DNA from: an uncultured Bdellovibrionales bacterium
GTDB lineage: Bacteria > Patescibacteriota > Minisyncoccia > Moranbacterales > UBA1568
Length of the DNA stretch: 64,000 nt
Direction: 5' to 3'
NCBI GenBank assembly: GCA_964579335.1
Contig: CAZOFS010000002.1
Location: 9,581 to 73,580, forward strand
Part shown: piece by piece, positions 20,861 through 28,113 of the stretch
Numbering within the stretch: position 1 is the stretch's first letter
Layout of the letters: each line of letters begins with the position of its first letter
The notes under the pieces: generated by a model
Seen by the model: only the letters and a program-made list of their open reading frames with translations
What the model was told of the DNA's origin: nothing
The model's database searches: none
Position numbers and translations under genes: made by a program

Positions 20861-20893
20861 AGAAGCCGCTCTCGAGCAAGGAGAACGGCTTCC
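20861..20893 (-). terminator. Probable terminator after rplI
   Basis: GAAGCCG.TCTC...GAGAACGGCTTC inverted repeat. Confidence 0.55.
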
Positions 20894-20920
20894 TGTAAAG
20901 TTACTTGACGGGACACGCAA

Positions 20921-21349
20921 CTATTCACTCACCACGGACAGTTTCACTACGGCTTTGGCGACACCAGCCGAGAGTTTCACATCATAAGTACCGAGTGCCT
21001 TGATCGGATGCTCGAGTTCAATCATATCCTCACTGACTTTGCCATCGAGCGCTTTGGCAATATTCGCTTTGGTCACCGAACCAAAGAGCTTGCTGTCCTT
21101 AGCTTTCATGGTAATCGTAATCGCTTTGCCGTCAACAGCCGCTACTGCTCCCGCGAGCTCTCTAGCATGCTCAGTTTTTTCCTTGGCTGCCCGCGCAACA
21201 ATCGCCTGAATAGACTTGAGCGCTCCGGGCGTAGCGAGCTCTGCCAACCCCTCAGGGAGGAGATAGTTGAACCCATAACCCTTCTTCACTTCTTTGACTT
21301 CGCCAGCCCGACCGAGACTCGGCACGTCCTGGGTAAGAATTACTTTCAT
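20921..21349 (-). CDS. rplI: 50S ribosomal protein L9
   Basis: MKVILTQDVPSLG..G.VKEVKKGYGFNYLLP, KLFGSVT. Confidence 0.97.
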   Translation of the reverse strand: MKVILTQDVPSLGRAGEVKEVKKGYGFNYLLPEGLAELATPGALKSIQAIVARAAKEKTEHARELAGAVAAVDGKAITITMKAKDSKLFGSVTKANIAKALDGKVSEDMIELEHPIKALGTYDVKLSAGVAKAVVKLSVVSE

Positions 21350-21417
21350 AGCAGTACTCTACGCTCAAAATTACACTTTATACTAGCGACTCTCTCTACT
21401 TTTGGCAAGCGGCCGTT

Positions 21418-22467
21418 CTAACGAATGAGCATACTATCGCCAAAAGAATAGAAGGCGAACTTAGCTCGGATAGCTTCTTGGTAAAGGTCCATCACGCCCC
21501 GCTTGGCGCCTTTGGATTGGAGAAATGCATCTACGAGGAGCATGAGTGAGGTTTTGGGGAGGTGGAAATTGGTAATAAGTACATCAACTAGTTGAAACTG
21601 ATAGGGTGGGTAAATAAAAAGATTGGCTTCCGTGGTCAATGCCTCAAGGCTTTCTTTTTGGCCCAAGGTCTCGAGAGTGCGAGTGGTGGTAGTGCCGACT
21701 GCAATAATACTTTTCTTGTGCGCTCGAGCTTGTTTCAAAACTCTCACTGTTTCCTCTGAAACGGTGACATATTCGCCATGGAGTTTGCCCGTCATAAAGT
21801 TTTCTTCTTTAAGAGGCGCAAAAGTTCCCAGCCCAACATTGAGCGTGACATGAATGGTTTCGATATTCTTTTCCGACAAACTTCTGAATACCTGATCGGT
21901 GAAATGGAGCGAGGCCGTTGGAGCTGCTACTGAAGCCCCAGTGGCTGCAAATATCGTCTGATAACGCTTGCGGAGTAATGATTCATCGCCATTTTCTTCA
22001 CCTTCGAGGTAGTGTGGGATCGGTGTCGTACCAAACTCTTGGAGCAATACCTGAAGCGTTTTGTTACTTTCCAAACGAAAGAAAAATTTCTGTTCTGCCT
22101 GTTTCTCGGCGATGAGTTGTGATCCATCAGGAAAAGTCAGTGCGTCGCCAAGACTCACTTTGCGATCAACAAGAGCGGGGATCAATCCCTCCCCATCCCA
22201 TTCATTGACGAGTACCAGCACCTCGATCTTGCCACCAGTCGGTTTCTTGAGCCACACTCGCGCCGGCCATACCCGTGTATCATTCAACACCATGAGTGAC
22301 TCCGCTGGGAGATAGGTAACAAGATTGCGAAAAGTATCAAACGTGATGGTATCCGTCTCAGTGTCGTACACAAACAGTCGAGCGCTATCCCGCGGTTCGA
22401 GTGGTTCTCGCCGGATTAACTCCTCGGACAATTGATAGTCATAGTGGTCCAAGTCCGAGAACTTCAT
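21418..22467 (-). CDS. queA: S-adenosylmethionine:tRNA ribosyltransferase-isomerase
   Basis: LNDTRVWPAR, YQTIFA, SVAAPTASLHF, TNFHLPK, SFGDSMLI. Confidence 0.96.
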   Translation of the reverse strand: MKFSDLDHYDYQLSEELIRREPLEPRDSARLFVYDTETDTITFDTFRNLVTYLPAESLMVLNDTRVWPARVWLKKPTGGKIEVLVLVNEWDGEGLIPALVDRKVSLGDALTFPDGSQLIAEKQAEQKFFFRLESNKTLQVLLQEFGTTPIPHYLEGEENGDESLLRKRYQTIFAATGASVAAPTASLHFTDQVFRSLSEKNIETIHVTLNVGLGTFAPLKEENFMTGKLHGEYVTVSEETVRVLKQARAHKKSIIAVGTTTTRTLETLGQKESLEALTTEANLFIYPPYQFQLVDVLITNFHLPKTSLMLLVDAFLQSKGAKRGVMDLYQEAIRAKFAFYSFGDSMLIR

Positions 22468-23567
22468 ACTCGCGAGGTTGCTCGCTTTGCCTCTTCCTGA
22501 AAACGTTCAAGAGCAAGGGTGATGAGTCGATCAATGAGCTCAGGATACGAAATTCCTGAAGCAGCAAACATGCGCGGGTACATACTAATACTGGTAAAGC
22601 CTGGGATAGTATTGATTTCATTGACATACCATTTCCCGCGCGACGTGAGGAAAAAATCTACGCGGGCAAGCCCAGCACATTCGAGTGTTTGAAACACTCG
22701 TTTGGCCAAAGTTTGCACTACTCGTACCTGCTTCTGCGTCAGTTTGGCCGGGACTTCGAGCCGAGCGCCGTTTTCATCGAGATACTTGGCTTCGTAGCTG
22801 TAGAATTCATGTGTCGGAATGACTTCGCCCGGCACTGCGACTGTAAGCCTACGATTGCCAAGCACCGCACACTCGATCTCGCGCCCAGTAATGGCTTGCT
22901 CAATGATAATTTTGTTATCAAAACGAAAAGCCAGTTTTACGGCGGCTGTAAATTCTCGCTGTGATTTTGCTTTGGACACCCCCACCGATGAGCCAGCATT
23001 GGCTGGTTTCACAAAGATGGTGGTACCCAACTGTTTGGCTACCGCAGCATAACTCATCTTTTCACCTTGTCGGAAAACAAGAAAAGGGACTAGCGGAAGT
23101 CCTGCCTCGCGGAGGAGCCGCTTCATCACGTCTTTGTCCATACCGATAGCTGAACCCAAAACGTCCGCTCCGACAAATGGAATCCCAGCAAGCTTGAGGA
23201 GCCCCTGGACAGTCCCATCCTCACCCAATGGTCCATGCAGGATGGGGAAAACCACATCTAGAGTCTCACTCCCCTCTTTGGTGGTAGTAGGAATTACGGA
23301 AGTAAATTTTCCTTTATTTTCTGGGGCGAATACTACTTCCTGTCCCTGTTTTCTCTGCTGTAATTGAGCACCAGTTTTAGATTCTAACATCAGACCTTCT
23401 CCCTTCCGCCAATGACCAGCTTTATCGATACCAATAAGTACTGGTTCATAGCGTTTACGATCCAAAGCAGCCACCACATTTCGAGCCGACATGAGCGATA
23501 CTTCATGCTCGACTGATTTGCCGCCAAAGAGAATCCCCACTCGAATTTTACGTTTTGTAGCTGGCAT
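22464..23567 (-). CDS. ddl: D-alanine--D-alanine ligase
   Basis: GGKSVEHEVS, LHGPLGEDG, GSSVGV, NEINTIPGFT. Confidence 0.97.
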   Translation of the reverse strand: MPATKRKIRVGILFGGKSVEHEVSLMSARNVVAALDRKRYEPVLIGIDKAGHWRKGEGLMLESKTGAQLQQRKQGQEVVFAPENKGKFTSVIPTTTKEGSETLDVVFPILHGPLGEDGTVQGLLKLAGIPFVGADVLGSAIGMDKDVMKRLLREAGLPLVPFLVFRQGEKMSYAAVAKQLGTTIFVKPANAGSSVGVSKAKSQREFTAAVKLAFRFDNKIIIEQAITGREIECAVLGNRRLTVAVPGEVIPTHEFYSYEAKYLDENGARLEVPAKLTQKQVRVVQTLAKRVFQTLECAGLARVDFFLTSRGKWYVNEINTIPGFTSISMYPRMFAASGISYPELIDRLITLALERFQEEAKRATSRV

Positions 23568-23596
23568 AAGACAGGCCGATTATACCTTCCTTGTAT

Positions 23597-23645
23597 AAAA
23601 AAAGCGAGCCCCACACCGGTGCGCTGTTGCGCGGTGGTGTGGGGC
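23597..23645 (-). terminator. Long hairpin terminator after pyrE
   Basis: GCCCCACACC...GGTGTGGGGC followed on the minus strand by TCGC-T7. Confidence 0.75.
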
Positions 23646-23668
23646 AAAGGTTCAGTGCCCGAGCGAGT

Positions 23669-24367
23669 CTATTTCACCCCGTACTCGTCACGATACCTCA
23701 GGATGAGCGGCAAGGTTTCGGCGCCCAGAGGGACAGCCGGCCCTTCTTCCAAGACCTGTATCAGATCATCGAACGTGGCAGCTGCCAAGACTGGAATCCC
23801 GTACTTCTCCGCGAAGACCTGGGCCGCTGCCCGTGGATCATTCACGTCATTGCCACGCTCTTGCCGATCAAAGGCGATGACACACGCGATTGGAAACCCG
23901 CCCTGCTCCTCGATGAACTTGACGGCTTCTCCCTTGGTCGCCCCATCGGTCATCACATCATCAGCAATGACCACGCGCAGTTCCTTGAGATTGGCCCCGA
24001 CCAAGAGACCACCTTCGCCGTGATCCTTGGTTTCCTTGCGACTGAAGGCCCAGGCTATGTCCCGGTACCGTTCCGCCTTCCCCGAAAGAACCGCTGCAAC
24101 CATGACGGCTAGTGGGATACCCTTGTAGGGTGGCCCATAGATCACTTCCGGAGGAGCCTGCTCTTCTCCATCGGCTTCAATGATGGCGGCCGCGTAAGCC
24201 TGAGCCAAATGGCCGATGGATTGGCCGGTATTGAAGAGACCCGAGTTGAAGAAATACGGCGAGATGCGCCCACTCTTCAGTGGCCGTCCGTTCGGAAGGA
24301 GTTCAAGCGCACCGATCGAGAGAGCGTACTCGACAAATTTACGCCCAGCTTCTGTAGATTTCGTCAT
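23669..24367 (-). CDS. pyrE: Orotate phosphoribosyltransferase
   Basis: LKSGRISPYFFN, GPPYKGIP, RKETKDHGEGG, VIADDVMTDG; SD AAGGAG. Confidence 0.95.
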   Translation of the reverse strand: MTKSTEAGRKFVEYALSIGALELLPNGRPLKSGRISPYFFNSGLFNTGQSIGHLAQAYAAAIIEADGEEQAPPEVIYGPPYKGIPLAVMVAAVLSGKAERYRDIAWAFSRKETKDHGEGGLLVGANLKELRVVIADDVMTDGATKGEAVKFIEEQGGFPIACVIAFDRQERGNDVNDPRAAAQVFAEKYGIPVLAAATFDDLIQVLEEGPAVPLGAETLPLILRYRDEYGVK

Positions 24368-24387
24368 GAAGTTCTCCTTCTTGCCGT

Positions 24388-25287
24388 TCAGGCGGTTGTG
24401 AGGTTGGGACGAGCAGCGTTGAGGGTGTCACGCGCAGTCCGAGCCGCTCGACGCTTGCCTTCGAGGTAGTCCTCGCCCGGGTTGAGCTCGGGATAGAGGA
24501 TGCTGCGTGAAGCACTGACGACGACCGAACCGGGGCCATTCCAGGCTGCCATTGCGTCGGCCTCCGACCCACCTTGGGCACCAATCCCGGGGATAAGGAG
24601 GGACGGATTGGGACCAGCCAGCCGGCGGATGTGTTGGGCTCCACCAGGGTGCGTCGCCCCAACGACCAGTCCCAGCCGATCGGGCGGAATGCCCCAATTG
24701 TGGGCAATGTCGTAAGCCAGCCAATCATGGATCAGTAGTTGCTGACCACTCAGTTCCTCACCCAGTTGTTCCTCGATGGCCTTCATTTCAGCCACGGAAA
24801 GGAGGGTGTAGCGTCCTTGCAGGACAGCCGAACCCGGGTTGGACGTCCAATCCAAGAGGATCAGGCCCTTGTCGTCGTAGCGGAGGTAGGGCTCAACACT
24901 GTCGGGACCAAGAAATGGCGACAGGGTCACAGCATCAGCCCCATAGCGCTCGAAGGCTTCACGCGCGTACTGCTCGGCGGTAGTGCCAATGTCGCCGCGC
25001 TTGGCGTCGAGGATCACTGGGATGCCAGGTTGCTCGCTATGGATGTATTCGATCACCGCTTCGAGAGCCGACTCTGCTCGGTTGGCAGCAAAGTAGGCGA
25101 TCTGCGGCTTGAAGCAGAAAGCCAGTCCTTCCGCAGCGTCGATGGTGTCCTTGCAGAATGCAGTGATTCCATCAGGGCTTCCGTCATAGTGCTTCGAGAA
25201 CTTGCTCGGATCGGGATCAAGACCAACACAGAGAGAAGAGTTGGTCGCGATCGAAGCAGCAGCGAGCATTTGGGAAAAAGTGGCCAT
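24388..25287 (-). CDS. pyrF: Orotidine-5'-phosphate decarboxylase
   Basis: LCVGLDP, KPQIAYF, LDAKRGDIGTT, VVGAT, PGIGAQGG; start at MATFSQ with SD AAGGAG. Confidence 0.95.
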   Translation of the reverse strand: MATFSQMLAAASIATNSSLCVGLDPDPSKFSKHYDGSPDGITAFCKDTIDAAEGLAFCFKPQIAYFAANRAESALEAVIEYIHSEQPGIPVILDAKRGDIGTTAEQYAREAFERYGADAVTLSPFLGPDSVEPYLRYDDKGLILLDWTSNPGSAVLQGRYTLLSVAEMKAIEEQLGEELSGQQLLIHDWLAYDIAHNWGIPPDRLGLVVGATHPGGAQHIRRLAGPNPSLLIPGIGAQGGSEADAMAAWNGPGSVVVSASRSILYPELNPGEDYLEGKRRAARTARDTLNAARPNLTTA

Positions 25288-25353
25288 GATGGGCTCCTTG
25301 GTAAGGGACAAGAAAACACGGTTGAATACACCTAGAGAGGCATATTGTGAGGG

Positions 25354-25382
25354 AGCATAGCAAAAAGAGGCTCCGTCGGCAA
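25354..25382 (-). promoter_or_regulatory. Probable promoter of pyrF-pyrE
   Basis: TTGCCG-17 nt-TATGCT with extended -10 TG. Confidence 0.55.
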
Positions 25383-25402
25383 ATAGCTCCACCTGTGTGC
25401 GT

Positions 25403-25442
25403 AAAAAAAGCGAGGCCCCGTACAGCGTTTGCCGTACAGGGC
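25403..25442 (-). terminator. Hairpin terminator after the RluA gene
   Basis: GCCCCGTAC...GTACAGGGC imperfect stem, minus-strand tail CTCGC-T7. Confidence 0.65.
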
Positions 25443-25448
25443 TATTAT

Positions 25449-26126
25449 CTAACGTCGCCAATCCTCTGGCGGGATCCAAGTGATGAGGAGTGGCGTGGCT
25501 CCCGCGTCGATCTCGTCGACATTGAAGCCAAACTTGAGGAAATCCTCGGGAAGCTTGGCCTGAATGGTCGCCCATTCACCTGGCTGGAATTTCTCATCCG
25601 GAAGCCTCACTCGCATGCGCCAGGCATGGAGGTACTGACCAGGTCGGCCGTCTTGGATTGAAAGTCCACCGTACATCCTGTCCCCGACGATCGGATGACC
25701 GATGCGTTGGAGATGCTGGCGGATCTGGTGTCTCCGCCCACTTCGCATGAGCTGACACCGCACGAGTGCGAACTGGCCAGCCCTTTGGAGAACGGTAAAC
25801 TGGGTTTGGGCCCACTTCCCATCGACATCGGCTGTCACGGTCCGTTCACTCCACATGGGAGCGATAATCACGGCGAGGTAAAGCTTCTCCGTGATATCGT
25901 GCCACTGGCGTTGGAGGTACCGCTGCACCTCCGTCTTAGCAGAGAGGAGCAGTACCCCCGAAGTGAACTTATCAATTCGATGGGCAGTGGCACCCTCGCG
26001 ATACCAATGCTTGGCCATCTGCCACACTTCCGGCAAATGGGTATGTCTCCCACCGCCTTCGACACTGACTCCGGCTGGCTTATTGATCGCCACCACACCT
26101 CTCTGAGAGAAGATAACTGGCAACAT
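25449..26126 (-). CDS. RluA-family pseudouridine synthase
   Basis: AINKPAG, HRIDKFTSG (catalytic Asp), GRRHQIR, GHPIVGD..YG, LHAW; SD GGAGG before MLPV. Confidence 0.88.
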   Translation of the reverse strand: MLPVIFSQRGVVAINKPAGVSVEGGGRHTHLPEVWQMAKHWYREGATAHRIDKFTSGVLLLSAKTEVQRYLQRQWHDITEKLYLAVIIAPMWSERTVTADVDGKWAQTQFTVLQRAGQFALVRCQLMRSGRRHQIRQHLQRIGHPIVGDRMYGGLSIQDGRPGQYLHAWRMRVRLPDEKFQPGEWATIQAKLPEDFLKFGFNVDEIDAGATPLLITWIPPEDWRR

Positions 26127-26264
26127 GGAAACCTCCATTGGGCCAAAGATGAAGCTCTACTCGATGAGCAGTGCCCTAATCACTCAAAATATGAACGATT
26201 ATAGTACTACTCACCGAGACGCATCAAAGAACTGCGCTCCCAGCCTATTTTGACTGGAATAAAT

Positions 26265-26293
26265 ATTATACTCCAATATACTTCATATGTCAA
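26265..26293 (-). promoter_or_regulatory. Consensus sigma70 promoter for the RluA gene
   Basis: Perfect TTGACA-17 nt-TATAAT. Confidence 0.8.
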
Positions 26294-26302
26294 CTACTGT
26301 AT

Positions 26303-26331
26303 TTGACAATATACAAAAAATATGCTATACA
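26303..26331 (+). promoter_or_regulatory. Divergent promoter for ORF 26408-26746
   Basis: TTGACA-17 nt-TATACA with TG extension. Confidence 0.55.
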
Positions 26332-26407
26332 GTATAGTTGGTGAATTCCTTCACCTTCCCAGTCTGGCAGCAGCCACACTGGCCACCGTACCTTGGAGAA
26401 CATGGAT

Positions 26408-26746
26408 ATGACGACACCCAGTTTCCTGGCGACATACCGGGTATGGCGCGGCGAGCACGCTCGCATCATGGCCGAGCGCGACGCGCTGGTGATCCGCCAG
26501 CTTCTCAAGCTGGCGCCGAAGCGGCTCCACAGGTTTCTCAAGGACCAGTGCGAGCTCAAGAGGATCCCAGAATTCGGAGGTGGCGGCGGAGACTTCGTGT
26601 GGGATGGTTTGGAGCGGTACTTCAAAGACCCAGCCCACTTCAAGAAGCGGATGAAAGTCCTTGCCAAGGCCTGGCAGGGACTCGTCGATGTGAAGATCAC
26701 TCACCACAACGACAGCCTGTTGCTCGAACTCACGATCATCTCCTGA
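26408..26746 (+). CDS. Hypothetical protein (SD-led, GC-rich codons)
   Basis: GGAG 9 nt before ATG; own promoter and terminator; no family recognised. Confidence 0.7.
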   Translation: MTTPSFLATYRVWRGEHARIMAERDALVIRQLLKLAPKRLHRFLKDQCELKRIPEFGGGGGDFVWDGLERYFKDPAHFKKRMKVLAKAWQGLVDVKITHHNDSLLLELTIIS

Positions 26747-26815
26747 CTAGGAGACCGCTAAGGCGTTCACTTTTCGCCTCACGCCCAAACCACAAGCGGC
26801 ACAATGCCACACCCC

Positions 26816-26851
26816 GACCGATTACTCGCCAAGTAGTCGGTCTTGCTTTTT
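26816..26851 (+). terminator. Hairpin terminator
   Basis: GACCGATTACT-cgcca-AGTAGTCGGTC then TTGCTTTTT. Confidence 0.7.
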
Positions 26852-26869
26852 ATATACTGAACACTTCTT

Positions 26870-28063
26870 TTATACCACTCGGATAGCTTCATCCACAGTA
26901 GTGACGCCTTGCATCACAAGATTGATCGCATTTTGACGGAGAGTCGTCATACCAGTACGCTCAGCATAGGCCTGAAGTTCACTCATTGAGGCTTTGTCGA
27001 CGATCATGGCTCGCAGTTCATCGTCAAAAATGAGGACTTCAAATACCCCAATCCGGCCACGATAGCCCGTCCCGGCACACTCCGTACAACCAGTTCCTTT
27101 CTGGTAATGAATCGTCATCCCCTGCATCCCGAGATAGTTGATATATTCTGCTCGAGGATTAGGATCAGGCTGGCGACATCCCTCACAAATTTTCCGTACC
27201 AAGCGCTGCGCGATAATTCCTCGCACTGCATAAGCGATCATACCTCGCTCGATATTGAGGTCGATAAGACGCGCTACCCCACCGATCGTCGTATTGGCAT
27301 GGAGGGTTGAGTAGACCATGCGGCCCGTAAGCGAGGCTTGGACGGCGTGTTCGGCTGTCTCTGAGTCACGGATTTCACCAATCATCACAACATCCGGGTC
27401 CTGCCGAAGAATACTCTTCATCCCCTTGGCAAAGGTAAAGCCAATTTCAGGTACCACCTGACTCTGACGCATGTCTTCGATAAAAACTTCTACGGGATCC
27501 TCGAGAGTGAGGATATTGCGCTCCTTGCGATTGACTTCCATGAGCATTGAGTAGAGCGTCGTCGTCTTGCCGGAGCCGGTCGGCCCCGTGGTGAGAATCA
27601 TGCCATAACTCCCGAGAGTGAGTTCACGGACACGTTTGCGAATGGCTTCATCAAAACCGACTTCATCGAGCGAAATAAGCATGTCAGAACGATTGAGAAG
27701 TCGCAAAACTGCGGTCGGGCCATTGACGGTAGGGAAAATAGATACGCGCACATCGATAGTTCGCTCGCCTTTGCCATCGGTATCCGGCAAGCGCACCGCG
27801 AAATGGCCATCTTCAGGCAAACGCACATGCCCCACCTCCATATTGCACAGTACCTTGAGGTGATTGATCACATGTTCATGATCCCCTTTGGCCACATGCG
27901 CGTGAGTCTGGAGCACGCCATCGATACGAAAGCGGACCAAAACCTCGTCAGGCATAGCCTCGATATGAATATCCGAGGTGCCACGCAAAACTGCCTCCTG
28001 GACGATGGGACTCACGAGATCAGAACCAGAAGCATCGCGAAAAATTATACTCTCTTTGGCCAT
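26870..28063 (-). CDS. GspE/PilB-family type IV pilus ATPase lacking the N-terminal domain
   Basis: SDIHIE, GPTGSGKT, TLEDPVE, LRQDPDVVMIGEIRD, STLHAN, CxxC...CxxC. Confidence 0.93.
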   Translation of the reverse strand: MAKESIIFRDASGSDLVSPIVQEAVLRGTSDIHIEAMPDEVLVRFRIDGVLQTHAHVAKGDHEHVINHLKVLCNMEVGHVRLPEDGHFAVRLPDTDGKGERTIDVRVSIFPTVNGPTAVLRLLNRSDMLISLDEVGFDEAIRKRVRELTLGSYGMILTTGPTGSGKTTTLYSMLMEVNRKERNILTLEDPVEVFIEDMRQSQVVPEIGFTFAKGMKSILRQDPDVVMIGEIRDSETAEHAVQASLTGRMVYSTLHANTTIGGVARLIDLNIERGMIAYAVRGIIAQRLVRKICEGCRQPDPNPRAEYINYLGMQGMTIHYQKGTGCTECAGTGYRGRIGVFEVLIFDDELRAMIVDKASMSELQAYAERTGMTTLRQNAINLVMQGVTTVDEAIRVV

Positions 28064-28113
28064 AAGAATAGGTACGTTAGTGCTATGCTTTCACGATACC
28101 ACACTTTGAGACA

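Noticed and set aside
25288-25445. PyrR-type attenuator upstream of pyrF
   Set aside because: No PyrR-binding loop consensus is visible; the hairpin is better explained as the RluA terminator.
25288-25575. N-terminal extension of the pyrF ORF (395 aa in the track)
   Set aside because: It runs through a promoter, a terminator and the RluA gene; the SD-led ATG at 25287 gives a normal PyrF.
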